Positions 1 to 11,667 of a DNA stretch of 64,000 nucleotides are shown here, one piece after another. Both the position numbers and the translations under genes were made by a program. The DNA comes from Macrostomum lignano (Eukaryota): contig NIVC01000014.1 in NCBI GenBank assembly GCA_002269645.1, forward strand, positions 124,001-188,000, read 5' to 3'. The notes under the pieces were generated by a model. That model was not told where the DNA came from and searched no databases. It worked only from the letters and a program-made list of their open reading frames with translations. Position 1 is the first letter of the stretch. Every line of letters starts with the position of its first letter.

Positions 1-232
1 GGTTAGAAGGTTGACAGATATTTTTAGATTTCCAAGGCTTATTGGGGGCATTGCTGAGATGTCAAGGGGGGAAGTTGATATGTCAAAGCTTGTGGGGGGG
101 GGGAATTACTGACATGTCAAGGCTTACAAGGTTTGACAGGAGATTTTTTAAGATTTCAAGGATACATGTAGCTTATTAAAAAAACGTGTATTGCATTTAT
201 TTGGCTCCCCAACGGGGGGCGTAGATTGCTAG
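1..232 (+). mobile_element. 3' end of a Helitron-like element (truncated by window start)
   Basis: CCCC-AAC-GGGGGG hairpin (207-219) followed by CTAG (229-232). The same terminal structure occurs at 6820-6845 and 9605-9631. Confidence 0.7.
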
Positions 233-713
233 TCCTTTCCTATATACTAAAAATGAGTTGTCTGTGGGTATGCGATAGATTTCAGAAATCAGAAAAATTG
301 GCTCAACCGATTTTCTTCAAACTTGCACCATTCGATCAGAAATTTTCCTGGGACGGTACATGCATCTTGGCTAAGAAATTGCTCAATTTTAAAGGGATTA
401 ATTATTCGAAAAACATGCTTTTTTGCAAAGGTCAAGCAAAATTTTCGACCTGAAATGCATTGTAAAAATGCTAGAGAAAAAACTGACTGACTGCATTTCA
501 ATTCTGATAAAGATTGCATCACAACAAGTTGAAAACAGTGCCGAAGAAATGCACACACGACTTGAATGAAATTGCGTAACCATATTGCTAACTCAAATTG
601 AGACTGATACTGGCTGACTGAGAAATTGATTATGTCATAACTTTTTACTCCAATTGACTTGCTGTAAGAATTGAATTATAAGGGCCACAATTCATGTTCT
701 CCAATTGAAAATA

Positions 714-779
714 GATAGCCAAGATGCAAACAGACTGGAATGCTAATGTAGCGACCTGGGTTCGAATCTTAGTAGTGCA
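714..779 (+). pseudogene. Degenerate tRNA-like (Ser-GCT-like) segment inside Helitron copy A
   Basis: TAGCC..A-box-like start, TGCTAAT anticodon-like loop and GGGTTCGAATC B-box. Paralogous to 7319-7385. Confidence 0.5.
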
Positions 780-829
780 AAAAGATTTTTTTTATCAAAA
801 CACCTTAAAAACACAAAACTGCTAAACAT

Positions 830-1715
830 AATAGAAGCGGAATGTCAAACATAGAAGAGCCACCATGTCAAACATAAAAGAGCCACCATGCCAAACATAA
901 AATAAGCACTATGTCAAACATATACGTGACTCCATGTCAACGATTAAAAAGCCACCATGTCAAAACTAAACGAGCCACCACGTCTAACATTTATGTGACT
1001 TTATGTCAAACATTTAAGTGTCACCATATCAAACATCAAATAGCCACTTTGTCGAACATTAAAGAGCCACCGTGTCAAACATAAAAGAGCCACCATGTTA
1101 AACATAGAAGAGCCACCATGTCAAACATAAAATAGCCACCATGTCAGACATTAAAAAGCCACCGTATCAAACATAAAAGAGCCACCATGTAGAATATTAA
1201 AGAGCCACCATGAAGAACATTAAAGAGCCACCGTGTCAAACATTTGGGAGCCACCATGTCAGACATTAAAAAGCCACCATGTCGAACATAAAAGAGTTAC
1301 CATGTAGAACATTAAAGAGCCACCATTTCAAACAGTAAAGAGCCACCATGTCAAACATTTAGGAGCCACCATGTCAAACATTTAAGATCCACCATCTCAA
1401 ACATATATGTGACTTTATGTCAAACTTTCAAGAGCCACCATTTCGAACATTAAATAGCCACTTTGTCAAACATTAGAGAGCCGCCATGTCAAACATAAAA
1501 GAGTCACCAGGTTAAACATTTAAAAGCCACCATGTCAAACATTAAAGAGCCACTATGTCAAAACATAAAAATGCCATCATGTCAGACATTAAAAGCCACC
1601 GTGTCAAACATAAAAGAGCCACCAGGTTAAACATTAAAGAGCCACCATGTCAAAAATAAAGAGCCACCATGTTGAACATAAAAGAGCTACCATGTCAAAC
1701 ATTTAAGAGCTACCA
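830..1715. repeat. 23-bp minisatellite (AAACATTAAAGAGCCACCATGTC), interrupted by the 1716-4998 insertion
   Basis: Directly visible tandem units; the array resumes at 4999. Confidence 0.95.
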
Positions 1716-1810
1716 CATACATGCGCAACTTCTGAAATTACGCTGGCCGTGCGACTTAGTTTTCGATAAAAAATGCGACTTACCTATAAAAGAGCCAAGC
1801 AAAAACTTTA

Positions 1811-1880
1811 GGTAAACGGCAGGAGTAACTATGACCATATTTTTAAAGCTAAATGCCTCGCCAGCTAATTAGTGCTGCGT
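1811..1880 (+). pseudogene. 28S rDNA-like fragment (R2/I-PpoI target region), degenerate
   Basis: Ungapped match of 48/60 nt to the conserved eukaryotic 28S segment GGTAAACGGCGGGAGTAACTATGACTCTCTTAAGGTAGCCAAATGCCTCGTCATCTAATT (reference recalled from memory). Confidence 0.75.
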
Positions 1881-2319
1881 GCAGATTCGGCGTTTTTATA
1901 ACAGCTAATCAGTATGTCATCTAGTGGCGGCATGAAGCAATTAGTAAATTGTCAGTACAGTGTAGTGAGCATACTACAAAAGTCATGATTCATGAATGTC
2001 CAGAAGTAAGTGAAGTGAATACAGTGTGACCTATAGCTCAAGAACGATTTGCTAGACGATTTGGCATGGAAGATGAGAGCCCTGATTCAGATGGCTCATC
2101 AGATGCAGAATACGAATCCAGTAGAGATACAAGCTGTGAAAACCCACAGATTTTTAAACCACTGAATTCTAATTCCCGGAACTATTTTTGCATAGATTCT
2201 AAATTTGAAGTCATGCTCAAACAAAAACTTGTTATTTGTTAACAGTTAGGAAAAAGGCAAAGATGGGAGTAATGCATGTTAAACTAAGATTTGAGGCCTT
2301 TGCAAATTCTCTCCATTCC

Positions 2320-2990
2320 TCAATCTTCTCATCCTCTTTTTCTTTTCTCTCTCATCCCTTATCCCTTCTCTCTTTCCTCTCCTCTCTCCTCTCTTTCCTC
2401 TCCTCCCCTATCTCTTCTGTCTCCTCTCTACTTTCTTATCTCTCCTCTCGTCTCTCTCCATTCCACTCTACTCTCATCTTATCTTCCCTCTCGTCTCTCT
2501 CCACTCTACTCTCTCATCTTATCTCTCCTCTCTTTTCTACTCTCTCATCTCTCCTCTCTTCACTCTCCTCTCATCTCCTCTTTATCCTCTCTTCTCTCAT
2601 CTACTTTCTTCTCTTTCCTCTTTCCTCTCTTCTGATCTCATCCATCATCTTTTCTTTCCTCTTTCCTCTCATCTCCTCTTCTCTCTCAACTCTTTTTCCT
2701 CCCTCAGCTTTTCTCTCCTCTTCTATCTTTTCTCCCATCGCATCGCTCGCCTCTCCTCTGTTTGCTTATCTCTAATCTTCTATTCCCTCTACTTTGAAGT
2801 AAGAAAATATGCACATATTTTTGCTGAAGATAAGAGGAGAGAAGAGGGCATTGAGGAGAAAGGGTAGAGAGAAAGGGGGAGAAGAGAGGAGAGTAAAAAT
2901 GAGAGGAGAGAGAAGAGGGAAAAGGGGGAGAGAGAGAAGAGGGGAGGCAAGGTAGAGAAGAAGAGAGAGATGAGAGTTGAAGAGACACCA
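2320..2990. repeat. Low-complexity CT-rich tract followed by GA-rich tract
   Basis: Composition; source of the Ser/Leu-rich spurious ORFs. Confidence 0.9.
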
Positions 2991-3015
2991 ACCTAAGTAA
3001 TGTTACCAACCTTAA

Positions 3016-3856
3016 GAAAGTAGTGTTACTTTTGCTTGGTGTGGACATATGGACAGTCACACTTGCATGTGCTTGCTGTCATTTGAAAGCGGCAAGTCTC
3101 TTCTTTAAAATGACACCAATTGCAAGAGATTTGAATCTGTGCTTCAAGAGATATGGACGATTAAGTAGAGAAAGGTCAGTCATAGACTTACAGAACCTTA
3201 AAAATGTCAACAGAAAACTTTTATCACGAGCGTAATTACTCCAGAAAAAACAAAAAACACAACAGTACAGTACAGAAGCAGGTGAAACAGATAACAAGCA
3301 AATTATCACACAAGCGAACAACATTAAAATCATTCATCGGTTGGCAGACTTGTCATCTTGCTGACAGCATGGTCGCCATGAGCTGTGCAAAGTTGCCTGT
3401 GGATGTCAGCCGATTTGGTTCCGGAGCTCCAAAGTGTAAAGATGGCATGTCGCTGCCCAGTCTTTGAATGCACATCCATTTGCAGTTCACAATTGAAAAT
3501 TGAATGTCAATAAACTTTGCAGGCGCAGCAGAAGCAGTTTTACAAGTCTCGTAGTTTTATGAGACAGCCCCTCTCGTCCACTGCATCACATTTGGCCATA
3601 GACAGCCCATGATTACGAAAAAATCAATAAAATCGTAAAAGTTTTCTGTTGACATTTTTGAGGTTCTGTAAGTCTATGACTGACCTTTCTCTACTTAATC
3701 GTCCATATCTCTTGAAGCACAGATTCAAATCTCTTGCAATTGGTGTCATTCTAAAGAAGAGACTTGCCGCTTTCAAATGACACCAAGCACATGCAAGTGT
3801 GACCGTCCACACGTCCACACCAAGCAAAAGTAACACTACTTTCCGGACGCCCCTCG
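3016..3856 (-). mobile_element. Internally deleted mariner element with ~208-bp inverted arms
   Basis: Arms 3016-3223 and 3636-3843 are inverted copies. The right terminus reads TA-CGAGGGGCGTCCGGAAAGT on the minus strand (mariner-type TIR). Minus strand ~3475-3330 translates MDVHSKTGQRHAIFTLWSSGTKSADIHRQLCTAHGDHAVS, resembling a mariner N-terminal HTH. The left outer TIR is missing. Confidence 0.7.
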
Positions 3857-3859
3857 TAG

Positions 3860-3934
3860 TTAGGAAGTTTCAAAGAACCCGAGGGGCGAGGGCCAGATAG
3901 AGGGGCTTCGCGAGCCGGAGTTTGCCAACCCCTG
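3860..3934. mobile_element. Orphan hAT (Charlie/Buster-like) right terminus
   Basis: AGTTTGCCAACCCCTG end followed by CTCCAGAG; GAGGGCCAGATA subterminal motif. No left end found. Confidence 0.5.
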
Positions 3935-4069
3935 CTCCAGAGTTTAAGAAATCAATGGGAAACTGTTGACGCGGGCTTCTGATTTCAAAGATCTTGTCTG
4001 TTGTTGAAGGCTTCTATTCTGTTTTTGCTCTCCTGCCACACTTGCACCTACTACCCCCTGATTGCCTCT

Positions 4070-4800
4070 GATTGTGACTTACTTCCCTCTTATTGCGACT
4101 TAGTTGCTTCTTTTTGCGACTTACCTAATCCTTTTTGCGACTTACCTAATCCTTTTTGCGACTTACTTAATCCTTTTTGCGACTTACCTAATCCTTTTGC
4201 GACTTACCTAACCCTTTTGCGACTTACCTAACCCTTTTGCGACTTACCTAATCCTTTTTGCGACTTACTTAATCCTTTTTGCGACTTACCTAATCCTTTT
4301 TGCGACTTACCTAATCCTTTTGCGACTTACCTAACCCTTTTGCGACTTAACTAATCCTTTTGCGACTTACCTGATCCTTTTGCGACTTACCTAATCCTTT
4401 TGTGACTTAGCTGATCCTTTTGCGACTTACCTGATTCTTTTTGCGACTTACCTAATCCCTTTTGCGACTTACCTGATCCTTTTTGCGACTTACCTAATCC
4501 TTTTTGCGACTTACCTAATCCTTTTGCGACTTACCTAATCCTTTTTGCGACTTACCTAACCCTTTTGCGACTTACTTAATCCTTTTTGCGACTTACCTAA
4601 CCCTTTTGCGACTTACCTAATCCTTTTGCGACTTAGCTGATCCTTTTGCGACTTACCTGATTCTTTTTGCGACTTACCTAATCCTTTTTGCGACTTACCT
4701 AACCCTTTTGCGACTTACCTGATCCTTTTTGCGACTTAGTTTGCTTCTTTTGCGACTTACCTGATCCTTTTTGCGACTTACCTGATTATTTTTACAACTT
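4070..4800. repeat. ~22-bp minisatellite (TTGCGACTTACCTAATCCTTTT)
   Basis: Tandem units. The core TGCGACTTA also occurs singly near both termini of the 1716-4998 element (about 1750-1785 and 4925). Confidence 0.95.
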
Positions 4801-4998
4801 AGTTTGCTTCTTTTGCGAATTGTTTTTCTTTTGCTTCACGATTTTCCCTGAACTGCTCTTTTTTTTCGCTTTCCTCTTGCCTTTCTTGGTTCTTGTGTTT
4901 TTCTGTTTTTGGTTGACTCAATTTTGCGACTTACCCCTGGTCAGCCACGATTTACGGTGGCCGGATCGGCCAGGTCGGCCAGCAGTTGCGCATGTATG

Positions 4999-6140
4999 AG
5001 CTACCATGTCAAACATTTAAGAGCTACCATGTCAAACATTTAAGAGCTACCATGTCAAACATTTAAGAGCTACCATGTCAAACATTAAAGAGCCACTATG
5101 TCAAAACATAAAAGTGCCATCATGTCAAACATAAAAGAGCCACCATTTCGAACATTAAAGAGCCATCATTTCAAACAGTAAAGAGCCACCATGTCAAACA
5201 TAAAAGAGCCACCATTTCGAACATTAAAGAGCCATCATTTCAAACAGTAAAGAGCCACCATGTCAAACATAAAAGAGCCACCATGTCAAACATTAAAAAG
5301 CCACTTTGTCTAACATTTAAGAGGCACCATGTCAGACATTAAAAAGCCACCGTATCAAACATAAAAGAGTTACCATGTAGAACATTAAAGAGCCACCATT
5401 GTCCATTTCAAACAGTAAAGAGCCACCATGTCAAACATAAAAGAGCCACCATGTCAAACATTAAAAAGCCACCATGTCGAACATAAAAGAGCCACCATGT
5501 AGAATATTGAAGAGCCACCATGAAGAACATTAAAGAGCCACCATGTCAAACATTTAAGAGCCACCATGTCAAACATTTAAGAGCCACCATCTCAAACATA
5601 TTTGTGACTTTATGTCAAACTTTAAAGAGCCACCATTTCGAACATTAAATAGCCACTATGTCAAACATTAGAGAGCCGCCGTGTCAAACATAAGGAGCCA
5701 CCAGGTTAAACATTAAAGAGCCACCATGTCAAACAATAAAGAGCCACCATGTAAAACATAAAAGAGCCACCATGTCAGACAATAAAAGCCACCGTGTCAA
5801 ACATAAAAGAGCCACCAGGTTAAACATTAAAGAGCCACCATGTCAAACAATAAAGAGCCACCATGTCAAACATAAAAGAGCTACCATGTCAAACATTTAA
5901 GAGCTACCATGTCAAACATTTAAGAGCTACCATGTCAAACATTAAAGAGCCACTATGTCAAAACATAATAGTGCCATCATGTCAAACCTAAAAGAGCCAC
6001 CATGTCAAACATAAAAGAGCCACCATTTCGAACAGTAAAGAGCCACCATGTCAAGTATAAAAGAGCCACCATGTCAACATAAAAGAGCCACCATGTCAAA
6101 CATTAAAGAGCCACCATGCCAAACATAAAAGATACACAAT
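4999..6140. repeat. 23-bp minisatellite, continuation
   Basis: Same unit as 830-1715. Confidence 0.95.
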
Positions 6141-6209
6141 TTCAAACGTAAAAGTAAGCGAATTTTAAAGGAGCCACTATAATGCTAAGGAAATTGTCGC
6201 ACTAGCTAC

Positions 6210-6710
6210 TTATTGTCTGGTGGATGCTTGCTATTTGGGGATGCTATCTATCTGGGGAGCTTGCTCTCTGGAAGATGCTTGCTATCTGGGGGATGCTTGC
6301 TATCTGGGGAAGCTTGCTATCTTGGGGATGCTTGCTTTCTGGGGGATCCTTGCTATCTGGGGGTGCTTGCTATCTGGGGGATGCTTGCTATCTGGGGGTG
6401 CTTGCTACCTTGGGATGCTTGCTATCTGGGGGATGCTTGCTATTTGGGGGATGCTATCTATCTGGGGGATGCTTGCTATTTGGGGGATGCTATCTATCTG
6501 GGGATGCTTGCTATCTGGGGGATGCTTGCTATCTGGGGGATGCTTGCTATCTGGGGGATGCTTGCTATCTGGGGGATGCTTGCTATCTGGGAGATGCTTG
6601 CTATCTGGGGGATGCTTGCTATCTGGGGGATGCTTGCTATCTGGGGGATGCTTGCTATCTGGGGGATGCTTGCTATCTGGGGGATGCTTGCTATCTGGGG
6701 GATGCTTGCT
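6210..6710. repeat. 18-bp minisatellite (GGGATGCTTGCTATCTGG) in Helitron copy A
   Basis: Tandem units; a homologous array is at 9015-9495. Confidence 0.95.
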
Positions 6711-7318
6711 GTCTTTTTGCATTGCACTTCATTTAAGTATTTTGTCTGTTTTCTTTGTGAATGCTTTATTTGGCTATCTTTTTGTTACTTGTAGAGAGCA
6801 GATATTCTATACAGATGTCCCCCAACGGGGGGCGAAGATTGCTAGTCCTATATACTAAAAATGAAATGTCTGTGTGTATGTGTGAGATAGATTCCAGAAA
6901 AAACGGCTCAACCGATTTTCTTCAAACTTGCACCATTCGATCAGAAATTTTCCTAGAATGGTACATGCATCCTGGCTAAGAAATTTCTTAATGTAAAAGG
7001 GATTAAATATTCGAAAAACATGCTTTTTGCAAAGGTCAAGCAGCTCTTTCGACCTAAAATTCATTGTAAGAATGCTAGAGAAAAAACTGACTGGCTGAAT
7101 TCCGATTGTGATAAAGATTGCATCACAACAAGTTGAAAACAGTGCCGAAGAAATGCACACACGACATGATTTAAATTGCGTAACCAATATTGCTAACTCA
7201 AATTGAGACTGATACTGGCTGACTGAGAAATTGATTATGTCATAACTTTTTACTCTAACCGACTTGCTATAAGTATTGAATTATAAGGGCCACAATTCAT
7301 GTGCTCCAATTGAAAAAA

Positions 7319-7385
7319 GATAGCCTAGATGCGAACAGACTGGACTGCTAATGTAGCGACCTGGGTTCGAATCTTGGTAGCGCCA
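7319..7385 (+). pseudogene. Degenerate tRNA-Ser(GCT)-like segment inside Helitron copy B
   Basis: TAGCCTAGATGCG (A-box-like), TGGACTGCTAAT (Ser-GCT anticodon arm-like), GGGTTCGAATC (B-box), ending GCGCCA. Confidence 0.55.
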
Positions 7386-7429
7386 AATGATTTTTTTATT
7401 AAAACACCTTAAAAACAAAAAACTGCTAA

Positions 7430-8930
7430 ACATAAAAGAAGCGCAATCTCAAACATACAAGAGCCACCATGTCAAACATAAAAGAGCCACCATTTCGAAC
7501 ATTAAGAACATTAAAGAGCCACCATGTCGAAACATTAAAGAGCCACCATGTCGAACATAAAACAGCCACCATTAAAAACATTACAGAACCATCATGTCGA
7601 ACATTCAAAAGTCACCATGTCAAACATTAAAGAGCCACCATGTCGAACATTAAAGAGCCACCATGTCAAACATAAAACAGACACCATTAAGAACAATAAA
7701 GAGCCACCATGTCGAACATTAAAGAGCTACCATGTCAAACATAAAACAGCCACCATGTCGAACATTAAAGAGCCACCATATCGAACATTAAAGAGCCACC
7801 ATGTCGAACATAAAAGAGCCACCATATCAAACATAAAAGAGTCACCATGTCGAACATTAAAAAGCCACCATGTCGAACATTAAAGAGCCACCATGTCCAA
7901 CATAAAACAGACACCATTAAGAACATTAAAGAGCCACCATTTCGAACATTCAAAAGCCACCATGTCAAACATTATAGAGCCACCATTTCAAACCTAAAAG
8001 AGCCACCATGTCGAACATTAAAAAGCCACCATGTCAAACATTAAAGAGCCACAATGTCAAACATTAAAGAGCCACCATTTCAAACCTAAAAGAACCACCA
8101 TGTCGAACTTTAAAGAGCCACCATGTCAAACATAAAACAGACACCATTAAGAACATTAAAGAGCCACCATGTCGAAAATTAAAGAGCCACCATGTCAAAC
8201 ATAAAACAGCCACCATGTCGAACATTAAAGAACCACCATGTCAAACATAAAATAGCCACCATGTGAAACATATACGTGACTCCATGTAAAACATTAAAGA
8301 GCTACCATATCAGACATATACATGACTCCATGTCAAACATACATGTATATGTGACTCCATGTTAGACATTAAAGAGCCACCATGTCGAACATTAAAGAGC
8401 CAACATGTTAAAAATACAAGAGCCACCATGTCAAACATATACATGACTCCATGTCAAACATTGAAGAGACACCATGTCAAACATAAAAGAGCCACCATGC
8501 AAAACATGAAAGAGCCACCATGTCTAACATTAAAGAGCCACCATGGCAAACATATACATGACTCTATGTCGAACATTCAAGAGCCACCATGTCAAACATA
8601 TACGTAACTCCATGTCAAACATTGAAGAGACCCCATGTCAAACATTAAAGAGCCACCATGTCGAACATAAAAGAGCCACTATGTAAAACATATACACGTA
8701 ACTCCATGTCAAACATTGAAGCGACACCATGTCTAACATAAAAGAGCCACCATGTCGAACATTAAAGAGCCACCATGTCAAACATAGAAGAGCCCCCATG
8801 TCAAACATAGAAGAGCCCCCATGTCAAACATAGAAGAGCCACTATGTCAAACATTGAAAAGCCACCGTATCAAACATAAAAGAGTTACCATGTACGAGCG
8901 TAGAACAAAAAAGAGCCACCCTGTTAAACA
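7430..8930. repeat. 23-bp minisatellite in Helitron copy B
   Basis: Tandem units of the same family as 830-1715. Confidence 0.95.
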
Positions 8931-9014
8931 TAAAAGATACACAATTTCAAATGTAAAAGTAAGAGAATTTTAAAGGAGCCGCTATAATGCTAAGAAAATT
9001 GTCGCACTAGCTAC

Positions 9015-9495
9015 TTATTGTCTGGTGGATGCTTGCTATTTGGGGATGCTATCTATCTTGGGGATGCTTGCTATCTGGGGGATGCTTGCTATTTGGGGAT
9101 GCTATCTATCTTGGGGATGCTTGCTATCTGGGGGATGCTTGCTATCTGGGGGATGCTTGCTATCTGGGGGATGCTTGCTATTTGGGAGATGCTTGCTATC
9201 TGGGGGATGCTTGCTATCTGGGGGATGCTTGCTATCTTGGGGATGCTTGCTATCTGGGGGATGCTTGCTATCTGGGGGATGCTTGCTATCTGGGGGATGC
9301 TTGCTATCTGGGGATGCTTGCTATCTGGGGGATGCTTGCTATCTGGGGGATGCTTGCTATCTTGGGGATGCTTGCTATCTGGGGGATGCTTGCTATCTGG
9401 GGGATGCTTGCTATCTGGGGGATGCTTGCTATCTGGGGGATGCTTGCTATCTTGGGGATGCTTGCTATCTGTGGGATGCTTGCGGTCTTGGGATG
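9015..9495. repeat. 18-bp minisatellite in Helitron copy B
   Basis: Same unit as 6210-6710. Confidence 0.95.
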
Positions 9496-11279
9496 ATTTC
9501 TTTTTGCAATGCACTTCATTTGAGCAGTTTGTCTGTTGTCTTTGTGAAGGATTTTTTGGCTGTCTTTTTGTTACTTGTAGAGAACAGAGATTCTATCCAG
9601 ATGTCCCCCATCGGGGGGCGAAGATTGCTAGTTAACTAACTCACATTGTATTGCGTCATGGTGTGTGGTATAGTCAGGAGTTCTTTCAGGGTTTGATTTC
9701 ACTCTATAGAATAAAGTTATATGGTCATAACAAAATTGGCTTTATTTAACTTTAAGATTTGGATAATAAATAGCTAGGCCTACTTGACATTTTTTGATCT
9801 TATAAAACATGAATCCTCCATGTTTTTAGGTTTTTTAGTTAAGTAGTTAAGTTACTGAACTTGGAGTATGTATACTTTACTGTATATTATTCTTTCGAAC
9901 ACGTAAAGCTATAGACATATAATAATTTGGTTGAAAGAAGAATAAATTCTACACTTCTAAATGAAAACATCATCTTAATACGTGCAACTTATCAAAATTT
10001 ATAGGCCTAGGGAAAAGACAAAATTGGCCTTCAACTATTTTGCCACCATTTTAGAGTTTAGAGTCCTTCTAGGTAGTTAAGTAGTCCTTGGTAATAAGTA
10101 TAGAGTGTAAGAATACAAATGAAAAATATGAAAATAACATGTAATTAGGCCTAGACATATAGTTTTTGAAACTAGAGAAAAAATGCATAAGCATAAATGC
10201 ATATTAATGCATAAATGCATAATGCATTTTGCATGCTAAGGACTAAGGTATCACACAAAAATTGGATAGAAGCCTAAGGAATAGGCCTAAGGCTAAAAAA
10301 AGTTATAAAAAAACTTTTTTAAAACATGAAATCAGATCATCTGCAAAATGATAATAGTCCCTTAAAATTGAGGTGTCTTTTTACTCATACAACAAGATCT
10401 ATTATAAATAGTAAAAGATTAGAAATTTAGAAGTTTTAAAATCTCACTGAAGGCTGAAGCCCCTATCTTTAGTTTACTCTATTTTTTATATCTTAGATTA
10501 GATTTTTGGCACATTTTAAAATCAAGATTTAATCAAGATTCAAGATTCAATTAAGAAAACAGTAAAAAACATCAAATATTGATTGCAAGTTCAAGATCTT
10601 GTGTTGTGCAATCTCTATAGAGAAGATTAAAAAGGGGGGGGGGGCTATCCTACTAAATTGGACGTCTACTGATGATGATGATGAAGGGGCCTTTTCATAT
10701 TGCTTGTTCTGGTTCCAGAACCAGAACCAATTTGTGAAGTATAACTTTTATCTCCATAACTAGAGGGAGTCAGGGAGATCCGTGCTATAAAGTTTTTATT
10801 ATTGAATGACAATTGCCAAGAAGAAAGTGAAAAATTGTGCTAAGTGAGGTTGTTAAGGCAGTTAAACATTCAAAAGAATTAAATAGTTATAGTGCTGTTT
10901 TTCTTGGAAGATCCGAACCGATTTCTGATTCTGGAATTGGTAATATGAAAAGCCTCACTAGTTCGTTCGAACCTTGTCGACCGTTAAAATGTTATTTTAA
11001 ATCAGCGAATATTTCTAAGAACCTTATATTTAAACTTTTATCAACAATACTTAGAACAAAATAAGTATTTTAATGTACCTAAATAACTGTTTTTTAAAAA
11101 CTTTTTTGTTAACAGGGCCTGTCAATATTACACTGTTAGCGACTTTGATGTACACGTTTTTAGACGTTTTCTTTTTTCGCACATACATTACACTTTTTTC
11201 TTTTTTTGAACGCAGTGGTGTTTTTCCTTCAATATTTTACCACTGAATCCTGACACTACTAAACTACGGATTTTCAGCT

Positions 11280-11321
11280 ATGTCTACTGTTCACTGGATT
11301 CCTCTGGAGTCGAACCCTGAA
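11280..11321 (+). CDS. UCHL3: Ubiquitin C-terminal hydrolase (peptidase C12, UCH-L1/L3-like), exon 1
   Basis: ATG..GAA encodes MSTVHWIPLESNPE (family N-terminal motif W-x-P-L-E-S-N-P-E). GTAGGT donor, phase 0, joins to exon 2. Not in the ORF track. Confidence 0.85.
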
Positions 11322-11447
11322 GTAGGTTATGCTCTTTTAATTGTGCTAATATTCTTACTGTTCTTCGAAATAAAATCATTTTGTTTGTTTTAAGCATAAT
11401 TATTGCATCTGCATACAGGCTATACATACGGCGCATGACTAGGCCCT

Positions 11448-11667
11448 AAGACCGCCACACACCAAGACCAACACAGCTATTACTGGCTACTGGTATTGAG
11501 GGGGAGCTACCAATCTTCTAGCATTGCTATTCCTCTCATAGGTTCTTTTCTCACTGCTGGGGCTGGCTCTCCTACCCACTCATCTCTCTAGCACCATCTA
11601 ATAACACATAAATTCAAATTTCTCCCTTAGCTCCCCAAGTGTGGCAGTCTTGGTGTGTGGCGGTCTT
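11448..11667. mobile_element. ~220-bp MITE-like element
   Basis: Perfect 21-bp inverted repeat AAGACCGCCACACACCAAGAC / GTCTTGGTGTGTGGCGGTCTT; TSD unclear. Confidence 0.55.

Larger units (their letters stand above)
1716..4998. mobile_element. Non-autonomous TIR DNA transposon with 8-bp TSD (hAT- or P-like)
   Basis: Perfect 15-bp TIR CATACATGCGCAACT (1716-1730) / AGTTGCGCATGTATG (4984-4998). TSD AGCTACCA at 1708-1715 and 4999-5006. Confidence 0.9.
233..6845 (+). mobile_element. Non-autonomous Helitron, copy A (contains a nested 3.3 kb insertion)
   Basis: Starts TC..tatatactaaaaatga..tgtctgtg. Ends with a subterminal hairpin CCCCCAACGGGGGG plus CTAG, joined directly to the TC of the next copy. 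The ~600 bp 5' region is near-identical to 6846-7430. No Rep/Hel ORF. Confidence 0.8.
6846..9631 (+). mobile_element. Non-autonomous Helitron, copy B
   Basis: 5' TCctatatactaaaaatgaaatgtctgtg. 3' CCCCCATCGGGGGG hairpin plus CTAG (9628-9631) followed by T. Same module order as copy A, without the insertion. Confidence 0.85.

Noticed and set aside
2236-3060. Ser/Leu-rich ORFs resembling membrane proteins
   Set aside because: They arise from CT/GA low-complexity tracts inside a non-autonomous transposon.
6213-9639. Gly/Cys/Leu-rich and PPDSKH-repeat ORFs
   Set aside because: They are products of the Helitron 18-bp and 23-bp minisatellites.
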